From the IMG/VR virus record IMGVR_UViG_3300025914_000010, positions 14,661-78,660 of that record: a stretch of DNA of 64,000 bases; one strand, given 5' to 3'. Made by a program: the position numbers and the translations under genes. Under the pieces are notes generated by a model. It saw only the letters and a list, made by a program, of their open reading frames with translations. It had not been told where the DNA came from and did not search any database. Of the stretch, positions 1-10,111 are shown piece after piece (position 1 is the stretch's first letter; the number at the start of each line of letters is the position of its first letter). The DNA comes from a virus.

Positions 1-609
1 GCCGCGAAGTCTGGACCGAATGCAATGAAGGAGCGAATCGGGGACGCGCTTAGAAACGCTGGCATGAGGTTCGGGATAGCGCTCGACCTGTGGCACAAGG
101 GCGAATTGCACGACAACGCAAATGCCGCGAAGCCCCCTGCGACGCGCACCGTCGTGCGGAACGGCCAGCGCGTCAATACAACGACCGGCGAAATCCATGA
201 CGACGAAGCCGTAAAAGCTGCTGCCGCAAAAGAAGCCGCCGAGCGTGCGGAAGCCGAGAAAGCCGAAAAGAAGCGGCGGCTCGACGAACTCAATCAAGAG
301 TTATCTTCGCGGTTCAAGAAACTCGGCTACGACGGTGATCCTCAATATCTCGCCAAGGCGCTTTGCAAGAAGGACAAGCTGGTCGTGGTTGACATCAAGA
401 ACGCGATGATGCTCACAGACGAGGCGTGGATACACGCTCTCACGGAAGGCGGCATTAAGCGCCCGGAAGATATGCCGAAGACCAAGGCAAAGATGGTCGA
501 GGAAGCGCCGCCGCTCGAATTGTCAGGCGACGACGATCCATTCGCAGACAAGCCGCCCGTAAGCGCCGATGCTAGCGCGCAAACCTTGGCAGCGATCGCC
601 GGACGTTAG
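1..609 (+). CDS. Rad52/Sak-like single-strand annealing protein, 5'-truncated by the window edge
   Basis: KERIGDALRNAGMRFGIALDLW resembles the C-terminal motif of the phage Rad52-like core. The frame is open from base 1 and lies upstream of the replication gene. Confidence 0.6.
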   Translation, partial: AAKSGPNAMKERIGDALRNAGMRFGIALDLWHKGELHDNANAAKPPATRTVVRNGQRVNTTTGEIHDDEAVKAAAAKEAAERAEAEKAEKKRRLDELNQELSSRFKKLGYDGDPQYLAKALCKKDKLVVVDIKNAMMLTDEAWIHALTEGGIKRPEDMPKTKAKMVEEAPPLELSGDDDPFADKPPVSADASAQTLAAIAGR

Positions 610-828
610 ACCATTTCAGTATGGCTAGGCCAGAGCCATACTGTACAGACGGATGCACTCGTGGCATTCCGAGGGTGGGTGTTCGAAGCGGCTGGCCCCG
701 CAGAGGACACCCGCCCGTTTTCATTTATTAGGTGACGATTTGAACCGCAATCAACCTTCTGAATATCGCTCTTACGCTGAATACCTGCGACACCCAAAGT
801 TCCGTGCTGTGCGGGCAATAGTCATGGG

Positions 829-1248
829 CCGCAATGGAACTTCCTTTTCCTCACGAAATTCCCTGCCCGCTATGAAGAGTTTGCCGGTGAACTGCCAGAC
901 AACGCGTGGATCGGAACCACGGTTGACCGTCAGTGGGCCGTGCAGCGGGCAGAGAAGGCGTTCAAGAAGGTTATGGATGCAGGACACCAGGGCGTGCGCT
1001 GGCTGTCCTGCGAGCCGATGTTGGAGCGGTTGACCTTCGAGTCGCTCGACATGTTCAATTGGGTTGTGGTTGGCGGTGCGAGTCGAAGCACTCAAACACC
1101 GGAATTCAAGCCGCCGATCGAGTGGGCGTTCCATCTGTGGCAGCAGGCTCGCACGGCTAATGCCGCCTTTTACATGAAGACCAATCTTGGCGTGGATCAC
1201 GGTTGCCGCATTCGAGAATATCCGTGGGAAACAGGCTCAGACCTGTAG
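829..1248 (+). pseudogene. C-terminal fragment of a Gp37/Gp68 (DUF5131) family protein
   Basis: The frame reads PQWNFLFLTKFP..NAWIGTTV..WLSCEPML..WVVVGGAS..FYMK. There is an in-frame stop at 778-780 and no start before the homology begins, so the N-terminal half is missing. Confidence 0.7.
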
Positions 1249-1262
1249 CATAAGGACCGGGC

Positions 1263-2246
1263 ATGGCGCGAATCCGTTCTATCAAGCCGGAGTATTGGAG
1301 TGACGCAACGATTGCGACATTCGATTACTTCACACGGCTGTTCTACATCGCTCTTTGGAACTTCGCTGATGACGAAGGCAGAGGCCGCGCATTATGCAAA
1401 GAACTTGCGGGGTTCGCGTTTCCGCTAGACGACGACCTGCCGAACTCGGAAGTCGAGCGGGCGCTTCAAACCATAGCCGCGTCTGGCAGGATTATGCTTT
1501 ACGAAAGCTCGGGCGTTCGCCATTTTCAGATCATGAAGTGGGCAGATCATCAGAAGGTAGACCGGGCTTCGAAATCGCGTTTACCTGAGCCGCCAACAGA
1601 CTATCGTGGAAAGTCTCGCGAGACTATCGTCGATAGTCTCACCGAACTATCTTGCAGTTCCGACCCTAGGAGTTTGGAATCTGGAGTTAGGAATTTGGAA
1701 TCTGGAGGTGGGAGTGAGGAGCGCGTGGACGCGCCCGCTCACGCCCCAAGTTTCAATGACATCGAGACAGATTTGATACCGGCAGGAGCAACGCAGATTC
1801 CGAGAGGCGATCCTGGGGAACTGATTCGCGCAGCCTCTTCCCTGCTAGGCCGGGCCACAAATCTGAACTCGAATGAACGGGCCGAATGGCGAAAGCTCGC
1901 CTTAGTGCTGCTTGAGCACTACACCGTTGCGCAAATCCTGGCGGTCTTGAGGGCTGGCATTCTGCGGAAGTCGGAATGCAAGCAAAAGTACCTCTTCAGG
2001 TATCTCAAGGACGACGTGCCGGATTTCTACACGACGCCCGATGTTGCGTCGGCGCGGCAGGCTCAAAGCGCTGATGACGCTGTACGCGCCGAGCAGGAGG
2101 CGCAAGAGCGTGCGGATGCCGAACGGGAGCGAATTGCCAAATCCGAGGCCGAACTTGAAGAGCGCCGCAGAAAAGCGAAAGCCGCTGTTGTGCCGCCGCC
2201 GCCGCTGGCAGAAAGCGAGAAGCCATGTCTGCTGCAATCGCTGTAA
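1263..2246 (+). CDS. Phage replication initiator / replisome organiser
   Basis: N-terminus MARIRSIKPEYW..LFYIALWNFADDEGR is typical of phage replication proteins. Confidence 0.8.
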   Translation: MARIRSIKPEYWSDATIATFDYFTRLFYIALWNFADDEGRGRALCKELAGFAFPLDDDLPNSEVERALQTIAASGRIMLYESSGVRHFQIMKWADHQKVDRASKSRLPEPPTDYRGKSRETIVDSLTELSCSSDPRSLESGVRNLESGGGSEERVDAPAHAPSFNDIETDLIPAGATQIPRGDPGELIRAASSLLGRATNLNSNERAEWRKLALVLLEHYTVAQILAVLRAGILRKSECKQKYLFRYLKDDVPDFYTTPDVASARQAQSADDAVRAEQEAQERADAERERIAKSEAELEERRRKAKAAVVPPPPLAESEKPCLLQSL

Positions 2247-2857
2247 AATCCCGATTGCCACGACCGAGGAACTTCGAATCGGACGTACGCGCCGCCGAGA
2301 GACTGAAAGAAACCAACCAGCGTATGCCGCCGCGCTTATGGGCTGCGTGGATCGGAAAATTGGCGGGACTCCAGGTCAATCATCCGTGCTACACGGCAAG
2401 CGGGGAATGCGTCGGGTTTGGAACGGACATCGGTGACGATCCGAGATTGCGCGTCGTTTCGTACCAGCGACCTTCTGAAATCACCATTGCCATTCACCGT
2501 CTGATAGGCACGCCGACCGAGATATGGACGCTAAAAGAACTCTCGGATATGGTCATGTGGCTGGACACGCAGGAGCAACGGAATTACTGCTACGAGGCGG
2601 TTGGGATGCTGGCAAGGGACGATGAGCACGAACCTCCCGGCCGCATGGTCATTCAGAAAGTCATCGGGCAGCTCGCTGTCAAGCAGACCATGCTCGACAT
2701 CAACAGCGAACCGGCCAGACAGCACAGAGAGCAGATTCGCCAGTCGCCGCTACTCACGGAACCTGCCGAGAAGTTCTCTGCGGCACTTGAGCAATTAGCC
2801 AAGAACCCGCCGCACGACATCGTTAACAGCTTCTTCAACGAAGAGAGCGCTGCGTAA
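2225..2857 (+). CDS. Hypothetical protein, possibly replication-associated
   Basis: 210-aa ORF overlapping the end of the initiator gene. Confidence 0.5.
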   Translation: MSAAIAVKSRLPRPRNFESDVRAAERLKETNQRMPPRLWAAWIGKLAGLQVNHPCYTASGECVGFGTDIGDDPRLRVVSYQRPSEITIAIHRLIGTPTEIWTLKELSDMVMWLDTQEQRNYCYEAVGMLARDDEHEPPGRMVIQKVIGQLAVKQTMLDINSEPARQHREQIRQSPLLTEPAEKFSAALEQLAKNPPHDIVNSFFNEESAA

Positions 2858-2878
2858 ATTCGCATGAAATGAGGAGAT

Positions 2879-3151
2879 GTGATGGCTGACCAAACTTTCG
2901 AGGTAAGCGGAACCGTGACAGAGCACTTAACCGCCGAGAACGCACCGGATGTGAAGACAGAACGGCAGGCGGCGGCATGGTTCCGAGCAACGCGCGGTAA
3001 GTGGCCGGATTGGGTGAACGGCGCTCGCGTCGTCGGATATTGCGTGCAGAGCGGGGAATCGGTTTTTGATGACGATCAGTATGACAGCGACTACGAAGAT
3101 GGCATTCTCATTCTGACCAAAAAGAACCCCGAACACGACGAGCAGCCGTAA
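2879..3151 (+). CDS. Hypothetical protein
   Basis: ORF with GAGGAG RBS. Confidence 0.6.
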   Translation: MMADQTFEVSGTVTEHLTAENAPDVKTERQAAAWFRATRGKWPDWVNGARVVGYCVQSGESVFDDDQYDSDYEDGILILTKKNPEHDEQP

Positions 3152-3250
3152 ACCCACCACCGCCACCCACCCCCAGTGCCGCCGCGAGCGAGGCGGGATG
3201 GGATGGGACGGGGGTTGCGAGGCGGGGAAAGGAGAGAGAGGCGGTGAGGA

Positions 3251-3499
3251 ATGAGTGATCCGTTTACGAGAATTGCAGACTACGCGATCAACGCCGAGAA
3301 GCAGATCGCCGCGCTCACGGACGCGCTGGCCGGTATGGTGCGCCTGTTTTCGTGCGACGACGATGGCGCGGTCTATGCTGTCCATCCAGAGGATATGCAG
3401 GCAGTTCGGCTGCTTGCAGACGCAGGCTTGATCGAAATCGAACGCAACGCCGAGCACGTCGTGGAGGGCTTCTGGAAGGGACCGGCAGATGCCCGCTGA
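3251..3499 (+). CDS. Hypothetical protein
   Basis: ORF with GAGG RBS, coupled to the next gene. Confidence 0.55.
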   Translation: MSDPFTRIADYAINAEKQIAALTDALAGMVRLFSCDDDGAVYAVHPEDMQAVRLLADAGLIEIERNAEHVVEGFWKGPADAR

Positions 3500-3749
3500 T
3501 CTCGACGCTTTGCAGATGGCAACCAACCGCGCCCTCAACGTCGCACGCGACCACGCGGCCCGTCGCTGGCCGGTCAACTGGAACCGCGTCTGCTGCATCG
3601 ATGCGCGCGAGTGGCGCAACCAGAGCGGGGATACGGGGCTAACGGTGATCGTCGCTTACGCCGCGCCAGGGTGTGCCGCGCTATCCGAGTTTGTGGCGGG
3701 GCAGTTGAAGAATGATTTTGGGGATGTGGAAGTGGTGACGGAGTGGTGA
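3489..3749 (+). CDS. Hypothetical protein
   Basis: Overlapping operon-style ORF. Confidence 0.55.
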   Translation: MPADLDALQMATNRALNVARDHAARRWPVNWNRVCCIDAREWRNQSGDTGLTVIVAYAAPGCAALSEFVAGQLKNDFGDVEVVTEW

Positions 3750-3754
3750 GCACG

Positions 3755-4153
3755 ATGACAAAAGACGAATTCCTGGCACGCGCCGAAAACGCTTGGAACA
3801 TGGGGCTGATTACCCCGGAGCGCATGGACCTGATGAACCAATGGCTAGAAGTCGTTATGCGGGAAGGTCACAGTCGCGTGGCCGATCAGCGCGGCGGACA
3901 GGAGCAGTGGCGGTACGTCAAAGGCTTCTGGGACGGCGAGATGCAGCGGCTGAACCGCAGGACCGACGAGACGTTCGGGGCGTCGGGTGCTACCTTCACG
4001 CTCGCCAATGACAGCGACGGGTACGCGCTCATCGAACTCGCCGCCGTGCTGTCTCATCCGTGTCAGGCTTGTGCGGCTTCGCGGAACGCTTGGCACACGA
4101 GGCGAGCTTTTTGCAACCACAAGAAGGCGGCAGAACCATGCCAGTCTACATGA
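3755..4153 (+). CDS. Hypothetical protein with Cys/His-rich C-terminus
   Basis: HPCQAC..WH..FCNH motif; operon position. Confidence 0.55.
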   Translation: MTKDEFLARAENAWNMGLITPERMDLMNQWLEVVMREGHSRVADQRGGQEQWRYVKGFWDGEMQRLNRRTDETFGASGATFTLANDSDGYALIELAAVLSHPCQACAASRNAWHTRRAFCNHKKAAEPCQST

Positions 4154-4705
4154 ACGCGCGCGACGCGGCGAAACTGCAAGGAGGCTCGGAAGTAGCCCGG
4201 TCCCGGCAGGAATGTGCAGGCAAAACCCGTAGGCGGTTCTCCGCTTATGATTTTCCAATGAAAACGAGGATTTGAAGCATGGCACGAACAGCGATGACAG
4301 CAGAGAAGAAGGCTGCGCTCGTGGAAGCGCGAGCGCAGACGATTGAGCAGAACGGCGACCTCTACGATATCGCCTGGAAATTTACAAATGGTGAGTGCTA
4401 CGTGATCCGGCGCGACGGCGCCCCACGCGGAGGGGAGGAATGAACGACGGGCCAAAATACAAACTCTTCTTTTGGGATGACGTGCTCGAAAATTACGGCA
4501 CCGGTGTTATGTTCGCGATTGCCCGCGACCTGCAAGAAGCGAAGCAACTCATTCTCGCTCACATGCCTTGTGTTCCTGAGCACGAATTCGAGAAGGAATG
4601 CCAAATCATCGAAGGACCGTTCGGGTTCGCGATGTACGGGAGCGATTAGATGCCAGTCTACATGAACGCGCGCGACGCGGCGAAACTGCAAGGAGGCCCG
4701 GAAGT
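4138..4705 (+). repeat. 56-bp direct repeat (4138-4193 and 4650-4705, one mismatch)
   Basis: ATGCCAGTCTACATGAACGCGCGCGACGCGGCGAAACTGCAAGGAGGC(T/C)CGGAAGT occurs twice. Confidence 0.95.
4440..4649 (+). CDS. Hypothetical protein
   Basis: GGAGG RBS; ATGA overlap with a small ORF at 4279-4443. Confidence 0.55.
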   Translation: MNDGPKYKLFFWDDVLENYGTGVMFAIARDLQEAKQLILAHMPCVPEHEFEKECQIIEGPFGFAMYGSD

Positions 4706-4709
4706 CACG

Positions 4710-5153
4710 ATGAAAGCTATCAGTTTATGGCAACCGTGGGCGTCCCTGGTTGGACGCGGCAAGATGCATGAAACGCGTTCGTGGCCGACTGCCTACCGAG
4801 GCCCTATTGCCATTCACGCAGCGAAGCACTTCACGCAGGATGAACGAGACGTTTACTGCAGTGAACCGTTCAGGTCTGCTCTAAAAGAATTTTGGTTTTT
4901 CGACCAGGAGTTACCGCGTGGCGCGATTGTCGCTATTGCAAATTTAGTCGCGTGCAAACCCACGCGCGGGGCAAAAAATGAATTTGGCTCGGGACCGAAA
5001 TACGCTGATTGGGTCCACATGATTTCAAAGGAAGATCGAGCGTTCGGCGACTTTACGCCAGGTCGATTCGGATGGCAGTTCGCAGACATTCGGATACTGC
5101 CACAGCCTATCCCGTACCGAGGCGCACAGGGATTGTTTGAAGTGCAACTTTGA
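4710..5153 (+). CDS. ASCH domain protein
   Basis: MKAISLWQPWASL..GKMHETRSWPT.YRGPIAIHAAK..P.PYRGAQGLF signature. Confidence 0.9.
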   Translation: MKAISLWQPWASLVGRGKMHETRSWPTAYRGPIAIHAAKHFTQDERDVYCSEPFRSALKEFWFFDQELPRGAIVAIANLVACKPTRGAKNEFGSGPKYADWVHMISKEDRAFGDFTPGRFGWQFADIRILPQPIPYRGAQGLFEVQL

Positions 5154-5265
5154 GATCAAAAAGCAGACGAATGGCGAGCAATTCCGGGTATAATTTAGGT
5201 GTATGCAGAGGCGGTTTGGCGACCCCTCTGCGTGGACATCTACCTTCTCGTGAAAGGCGATTATC

Positions 5266-6315
5266 ATGCGTAAGTATACCCCTGAAGCCCCGACTCCGTG
5301 TTTTGGTTCATTCACTCCTTCGTCTGTTTACACCGAGTTCCGCAAGGTTCCATACACTCCTGAGCAAGATGAAATTCTGCGCCGCATGTACCTTACCCAT
5401 TCTCACTTAGAGATCGGGATGCTTATTGGTCGTGTCGAGAAATCGGTTCGCAATAGGTGTTGGGTGCTGGGACTTCGCAAGCGCAATGGCCCCTGGACAG
5501 AAGCGGAATACGAGCAGGTTCGGCAGTGGTACGCAGATCACGAAAGCGGCAAAGGTTTCTTTTTAGACGAGCTGAGTAGAATTATGCATCGTAGTAAATG
5601 CGATATTTGCGATAAAGCGGCCGCAATGGGGCTGACACGCAAGAAACGTTTCTACGGGCATAAAGAACCGCGCAAGCCAATGTTTGCAACAGAACCTGAA
5701 CGTATTGCATTCCGTGCTGCTCAAATGAGACAGTGGTACTCTCTGAACAAACACCCGCGCGGATATCGCGGACACAAACATTCCGCTGACACCCGCGCCA
5801 AGATTTCCGCCCGAAGCATAGCGGCAGCGGCCAAGAAAACGCCTGAACAGAGGAGCGAAATCAACATGCGATCTGTCCAAACCAAAATTGCAAAATATGG
5901 CACTGCGGGGCCGACCATGCTTTCAAGCAATGCCTACAGCCGCACCAAAAGCGGAAAGCGTGCCGATCTTGGCGGGCAGTTCTTTCGTTCGCGATGGGAA
6001 GCCAATTACGCTCGCTACTTGCGGATGCTGGTTGAAAAAGGGCAGATCAAGTCATGGGAATTCGAGCCTAAGACATTCGTATTTGTCGGCGTTACTCGCG
6101 GCCAACTGACCTACACTCCGGACTTTCGCATCACAGAAAATGACGGATCGCAAGTTTGGCACGAAGTCAAAGGATGGATGGACGCCAAGAGCAAAGCCAA
6201 GTTGAAGCGGTTCGCTAAGTTCTTCCCCGAAGAAAAACTCATTGTAATAGCACAGCCGGAATACAAGGCCATAGCGCAATACGCTCGTCTGATCGAAGGT
6301 TGGGAAGATGAATAA
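5266..6315 (+). CDS. PD-(D/E)XK endonuclease with N-terminal HTH/Myb-like and NUMOD3-like segments
   Basis: FRSRWEANYARYL..YTPDF..EVKGWMD nuclease motif; HKHSADTRAKIS; own TATAAT at 5189-5194. Confidence 0.75.
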   Translation: MRKYTPEAPTPCFGSFTPSSVYTEFRKVPYTPEQDEILRRMYLTHSHLEIGMLIGRVEKSVRNRCWVLGLRKRNGPWTEAEYEQVRQWYADHESGKGFFLDELSRIMHRSKCDICDKAAAMGLTRKKRFYGHKEPRKPMFATEPERIAFRAAQMRQWYSLNKHPRGYRGHKHSADTRAKISARSIAAAAKKTPEQRSEINMRSVQTKIAKYGTAGPTMLSSNAYSRTKSGKRADLGGQFFRSRWEANYARYLRMLVEKGQIKSWEFEPKTFVFVGVTRGQLTYTPDFRITENDGSQVWHEVKGWMDAKSKAKLKRFAKFFPEEKLIVIAQPEYKAIAQYARLIEGWEDE

Positions 6316-6444
6316 TGCCCTGGTAGAGATGAAGATACTGATCGACGACAGCCGCAAGCACGTCACTGCTTACACTGCGTCGATTGTCGGGCGCGAAGTC
6401 GAAAAGGATCGCGCTTGTGTTGTCGTGCTGATTGAGGAGGATAT

Positions 6445-6675
6445 ATGAGCAAGTTCATCATCCGCCCCGACAGTCACGGCCACGTAGACGACGTAGTTAT
6501 CACATGCGACAGTTTTCGCATGGAACGCATGGACAAAGGCTCGTGGTGCATTGCCGTCTATCGCGGTGAAGAGCGGGTCTGCTTCAGCCTTACGAGCAGC
6601 AAGGGGAGCATTCGGGCGATCGTGACGGAGGATGATTTTGACTGCGTGGATGATACGCCGAAGAAGGCGAAGTGA
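6445..6675 (+). CDS. Hypothetical protein
   Basis: GAGGAGG RBS. Confidence 0.6.
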   Translation: MSKFIIRPDSHGHVDDVVITCDSFRMERMDKGSWCIAVYRGEERVCFSLTSSKGSIRAIVTEDDFDCVDDTPKKAK

Positions 6676-6780
6676 CCGCCGCTCCCGGCCCACCCCGCCA
6701 AGTGACCTGCCACAAGTGCGGCAGGATTGACGTGAACCACGAGTGGGACGGGCAGACGGTTGAGGAGGGAGGAACGGGCG

Positions 6781-6987
6781 ATGGCGAAGGTTAGCCCCAA
6801 ATTCGTAAACTGCTTATCTTGTATCGTCGAAATTATAGACGATGCGAACAAACCGCGCAGGATACGGGAATACAAGGTTCGGCGGGAAGCGTTCTTGGCC
6901 GACCTGTCCCCGTCCGAACGCCGCGCCGTCGCTAAGATCGAAGTGGCGATTGCTGAACTGAGCGAGGAAGCAGACGATGGACGCTAA
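6781..6987 (+). CDS. Hypothetical protein
   Basis: GGAGG RBS. Confidence 0.5.
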   Translation: MAKVSPKFVNCLSCIVEIIDDANKPRRIREYKVRREAFLADLSPSERRAVAKIEVAIAELSEEADDGR

Positions 6988-7213
6988 AAAAGCGACGGGA
7001 GTACGGCTAGTATCCGTGCTGCTGGTCGTCCTGCTCGGGTTCAACCTTGTCTTAGGGTATCAGTCAGAGCAGCGCCGGATAAACCGGCAACTCATCGCCC
7101 TGGCCGCCGGCCAGGACGCTCTCATCAACCAGTGCGACCGTATCCAGGCGGAACTGCGGAGGCATGAGGCGGTTGCCGGGAAAAAGAGGGCGGCAGAAGA
7201 TGGCGGACGCTAA
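6977..7213 (+). CDS. Small membrane protein with coiled coil
   Basis: Hydrophobic LVSVLLVVLLGFNLVLGY segment. Confidence 0.55.
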   Translation: MDAKKATGVRLVSVLLVVLLGFNLVLGYQSEQRRINRQLIALAAGQDALINQCDRIQAELRRHEAVAGKKRAAEDGGR

Positions 7214-7874
7214 GAGGGTGCTGAAGTGGCTCAAGAGGGCCGAAGAGCGACGTTGGTACGGCGATGGTTATGATCGCCCGTGCTGCGGGTTTCATTATCG
7301 ATTGGGGCAAGATGTGACGCATTCACCCACGTGCGAACTCGGCGCCTTAATCGCCGAATATGAGCACGAAGCTGCGACTACCGGCTGGCAATCCACCGTC
7401 GGCATGTTCACGGGTGACACCGCAATGATGGAGATTTCCGAGGCGACGCGGAAGGTCCGGGAGGATCATTGGGTAGATGGTTCGGGCGGATGGAGGCCGG
7501 GATCGGAGCTGGCGCGACCTCCCGCCGCTGCCGCCGACCGGGAAGGAGCCGAAGCCGTGAGCAACAAGCCAACATGGTTCCAGAAGCAACTCGACGCCGC
7601 CAGCGCACGCGCCGACAAACTGCCCGATTGGGCGAAGAAGGAGGCGGGGCTGCCGGTAACGGAGCCAATCGACCTCGCCGTTGAGTGCGGGCGGCTACGG
7701 AAGGGCATCGACCGGATCGCGCGAAAATGCGAGCACTCACATCATCCTGGCGTCCACGTGACGGGAGCGGAGCTGCGAGCGTTGATTGCCGAGCCGGAAA
7801 TGCCGGTGGCTGTCCGGGCGGCGATGGAGGCGGAAGCGGAAGCGAAGGAGGAGGGCGGTGAAACTGAAACCTGA
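7200..7874 (+). CDS. Hypothetical protein, possibly two fused ORFs
   Basis: Long ORF; internal AAGGAG..GTG near 7557. Confidence 0.45.
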   Translation: MADAKRVLKWLKRAEERRWYGDGYDRPCCGFHYRLGQDVTHSPTCELGALIAEYEHEAATTGWQSTVGMFTGDTAMMEISEATRKVREDHWVDGSGGWRPGSELARPPAAAADREGAEAVSNKPTWFQKQLDAASARADKLPDWAKKEAGLPVTEPIDLAVECGRLRKGIDRIARKCEHSHHPGVHVTGAELRALIAEPEMPVAVRAAMEAEAEAKEEGGETET

Positions 7875-8070
7875 AAAATATACGCTTGTACCGCTGCCTG
7901 ATGGCCGATGGAAGTGCCACGAGAACCAGATGCGCAGTTCATGGAGCTACGGCGCAACGCCAAACGAAGCGATTGAAAACGCTCGTGTGTGCTTCGAGAA
8001 TTTCAAAGCATTCTGCGCACGGATGGAAGAATTGTATCCGAGCCTGAGCGATAAGGCGAGCAACCAATGA
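7858..8070 (+). CDS. Hypothetical protein (weak HicB-like N-terminus)
   Basis: SYGATPNEAIENAR resembles the HicB motif; GGAGG RBS. Confidence 0.45.
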   Translation: MKLKPEKYTLVPLPDGRWKCHENQMRSSWSYGATPNEAIENARVCFENFKAFCARMEELYPSLSDKASNQ

Positions 8071-8168
8071 CCTTCCCCGCGCACCCGCCGCTGCTTCTAT
8101 GGCCAATGCCGCAGAGACAGGCGAGGCGGGCGGTCCGGGGGAACTCGGATACGAAGAGGAGGAGAGAG

Positions 8169-8483
8169 ATGAGCAATAATCTGGAAGTCAAAGCAACGCT
8201 TGATGGGCCATCAGTAACCGAGGCGATAACGAAGGCGATTCTCGACAGCGTTCTCGGTCAAGAGATCGAGAAGGAAGTCAAGAGTTATGTCAGCAAGTTG
8301 CACAATTCGTACAACAGTCCGCTTGAGTCTACGGTTAAGCGCATCGTGGATGAAGAGTTGTACAAGGTCATCACAATGGACTACATGGACCAAATCCGAG
8401 CCGTCATTCGCGAGAAGGTAGACGAGAAGATGGTCAGTATTATCGTAGAAAAAGCGTGGGAATCGTTCGAAAAAAGGTGGTAG
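8169..8483 (+). CDS. Hypothetical protein
   Basis: AGGAGG RBS; last + strand gene before the convergent late region. Confidence 0.6.
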   Translation: MSNNLEVKATLDGPSVTEAITKAILDSVLGQEIEKEVKSYVSKLHNSYNSPLESTVKRIVDEELYKVITMDYMDQIRAVIREKVDEKMVSIIVEKAWESFEKRW

Positions 8484-8530
8484 CGGATTAGGGCACTACC
8501 GCGCCGCAATCAAATCCATCTGCCCGTACG

Positions 8531-10111
8531 TCAAGACGCCTCAACCTCCACCAGCCGCGCATACCCGTCGGTAGCAGTATTTACCACCAGCCGGAACTTG
8601 CTGCTCGTAAAGGAGGCAAACGTCACCGTGCGCTTCACGAGCCGGTTGCCGGTCACGCTTGCAAGCGTCTGCCACTTGCTGCCGTCCCACCCGAGCACAT
8701 CGAACGCGGTGACCCCGTACAGGCTGAACGTCGTCGCATCGGTCGGCTCGATCGGCGACGCGAGGTTATCTTGCAGCGTCGTGACGGTGAACTGAGAGAA
8801 CGCGACAGGCTGTGGGAAGTCGAATTCCACCCACTTCGGAAACACTCCCTGCTGGCCGTCGTTCCACCCGCCGCCCGGCGCACCTTTGCCCCAGTTCGCC
8901 CCCTTGTGATCCCCGTCCACAAGGTTCGAAAGCGGGAACATGCCCGACAGGTACGTGCTGGACGCGGACATGGAAGCAGAGGCGAGGGCGTTGCCGGGCA
9001 GCGGAGCAGGCCCGACAGTTTGCAGGGCGGGCACAGCCGCAATCACCTGCGTCTTGAACGCCTCCATCTCAGCCTTGAACGCAAGGAAATCTGCCTGGCT
9101 CATATCGTCTCCTATCATCCGACGGAGCGTTCCGTCACCGATTCCGGTCGCAAGCGACTGCGAGTATTGCGTATGGGCGCGCTGGACGATCTTTCCGATC
9201 GGCGTCTGCTCGTCCCAACCGGACAGCGTTCCGCCGCCCCATGCGTTGTACCAGACGAACTGCGAGCCACCGGCGAGCGCCGCCCGCATCAGCGGCCAAA
9301 CGTCCCACTGCCACGCCCACGAGCAGAACAGCATCAGGGCGCATGTCTGCACCTTCCCACTCGCGAAGTCGTGCTCGCTCCCGATGTTGTACTCCCCGAT
9401 CCCGCCGTCGTCTCCGCCGCGGCTAATCCCTCCGTCGAACAGTGCCCCTGCGAGGAACGACTTCCCGGCGTTCACCGTGAACCAGTGGTACGCGTCATCG
9501 ACATTCGTGAAGTCGAGGTTGTCGATCGCGCCGCCGACCACATCGGTAAGGTCCGCCGTCAGTTTGTTCGTCAATCCAGCGAACAAGTAGTCGAGGTAGC
9601 ACACGAGCGCGGCGCGTGGGCTGTAGGAATAGGCTCCGGTTCGGTAGTCGTGGTTACGATCGAGGTAGGCGTCGATGGCGGCTCCGGGGTCCGGGACAAC
9701 ATTGCTCATATCGTCGAAGTAGACGCGGCTGACCGATCGGACGGCGGCTGTCGGCCAGAATCCCCACGCGCCGTTGACGCCCTCGAAGTGATCCGTGGCA
9801 GAATTGAAGCCCCAGCCGTCGAGAGTGTCGGTGGCGTAGACGCAATCGATCGATCCAGCGCGTTCGATGTGTCCATCCGGGTCCCAGGTGACGGACGGAA
9901 TAGCGACCTTCCCCCATATCTGAACGTGGTCGGGGGCCAGCGCGTGAATGCGGGCGGCTACGTCGGTGACGGAGACAGAGGCGTCAAGGGTGATCTGCGT
10001 GATAGAATGCCCTTCGTTTCTCGCGTCCTGCGCCCAGCGGAACAATCGCGTCGAGTTGCGTGCCTGGGTTGCGGTTTCTGTGATGGAGAGAATGTTCAAC
10101 CCAGTCTCCAC
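8531..10111 (-). CDS. Protein with C-terminal F5/8 type C (discoidin) carbohydrate-binding domain
   Basis: NALASASMSASS..NLVDGD..WVEFDF..ARLVEVEA; directly downstream of the endolysin. Confidence 0.65.
   Translation of the reverse strand: METGLNILSITETATQARNSTRLFRWAQDARNEGHSITQITLDASVSVTDVAARIHALAPDHVQIWGKVAIPSVTWDPDGHIERAGSIDCVYATDTLDGWGFNSATDHFEGVNGAWGFWPTAAVRSVSRVYFDDMSNVVPDPGAAIDAYLDRNHDYRTGAYSYSPRAALVCYLDYLFAGLTNKLTADLTDVVGGAIDNLDFTNVDDAYHWFTVNAGKSFLAGALFDGGISRGGDDGGIGEYNIGSEHDFASGKVQTCALMLFCSWAWQWDVWPLMRAALAGGSQFVWYNAWGGGTLSGWDEQTPIGKIVQRAHTQYSQSLATGIGDGTLRRMIGDDMSQADFLAFKAEMEAFKTQVIAAVPALQTVGPAPLPGNALASASMSASSTYLSGMFPLSNLVDGDHKGANWGKGAPGGGWNDGQQGVFPKWVEFDFPQPVAFSQFTVTTLQDNLASPIEPTDATTFSLYGVTAFDVLGWDGSKWQTLASVTGNRLVKRTVTFASFTSSKFRLVVNTATDGYARLVEVEAS

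Noticed and set aside
6308-6448. RusA-like C-terminal remnant (LIDDS..DRACVVVLIEE)
   Set aside because: It is only 46 aa with weak resemblance, and cannot be supported without a search.
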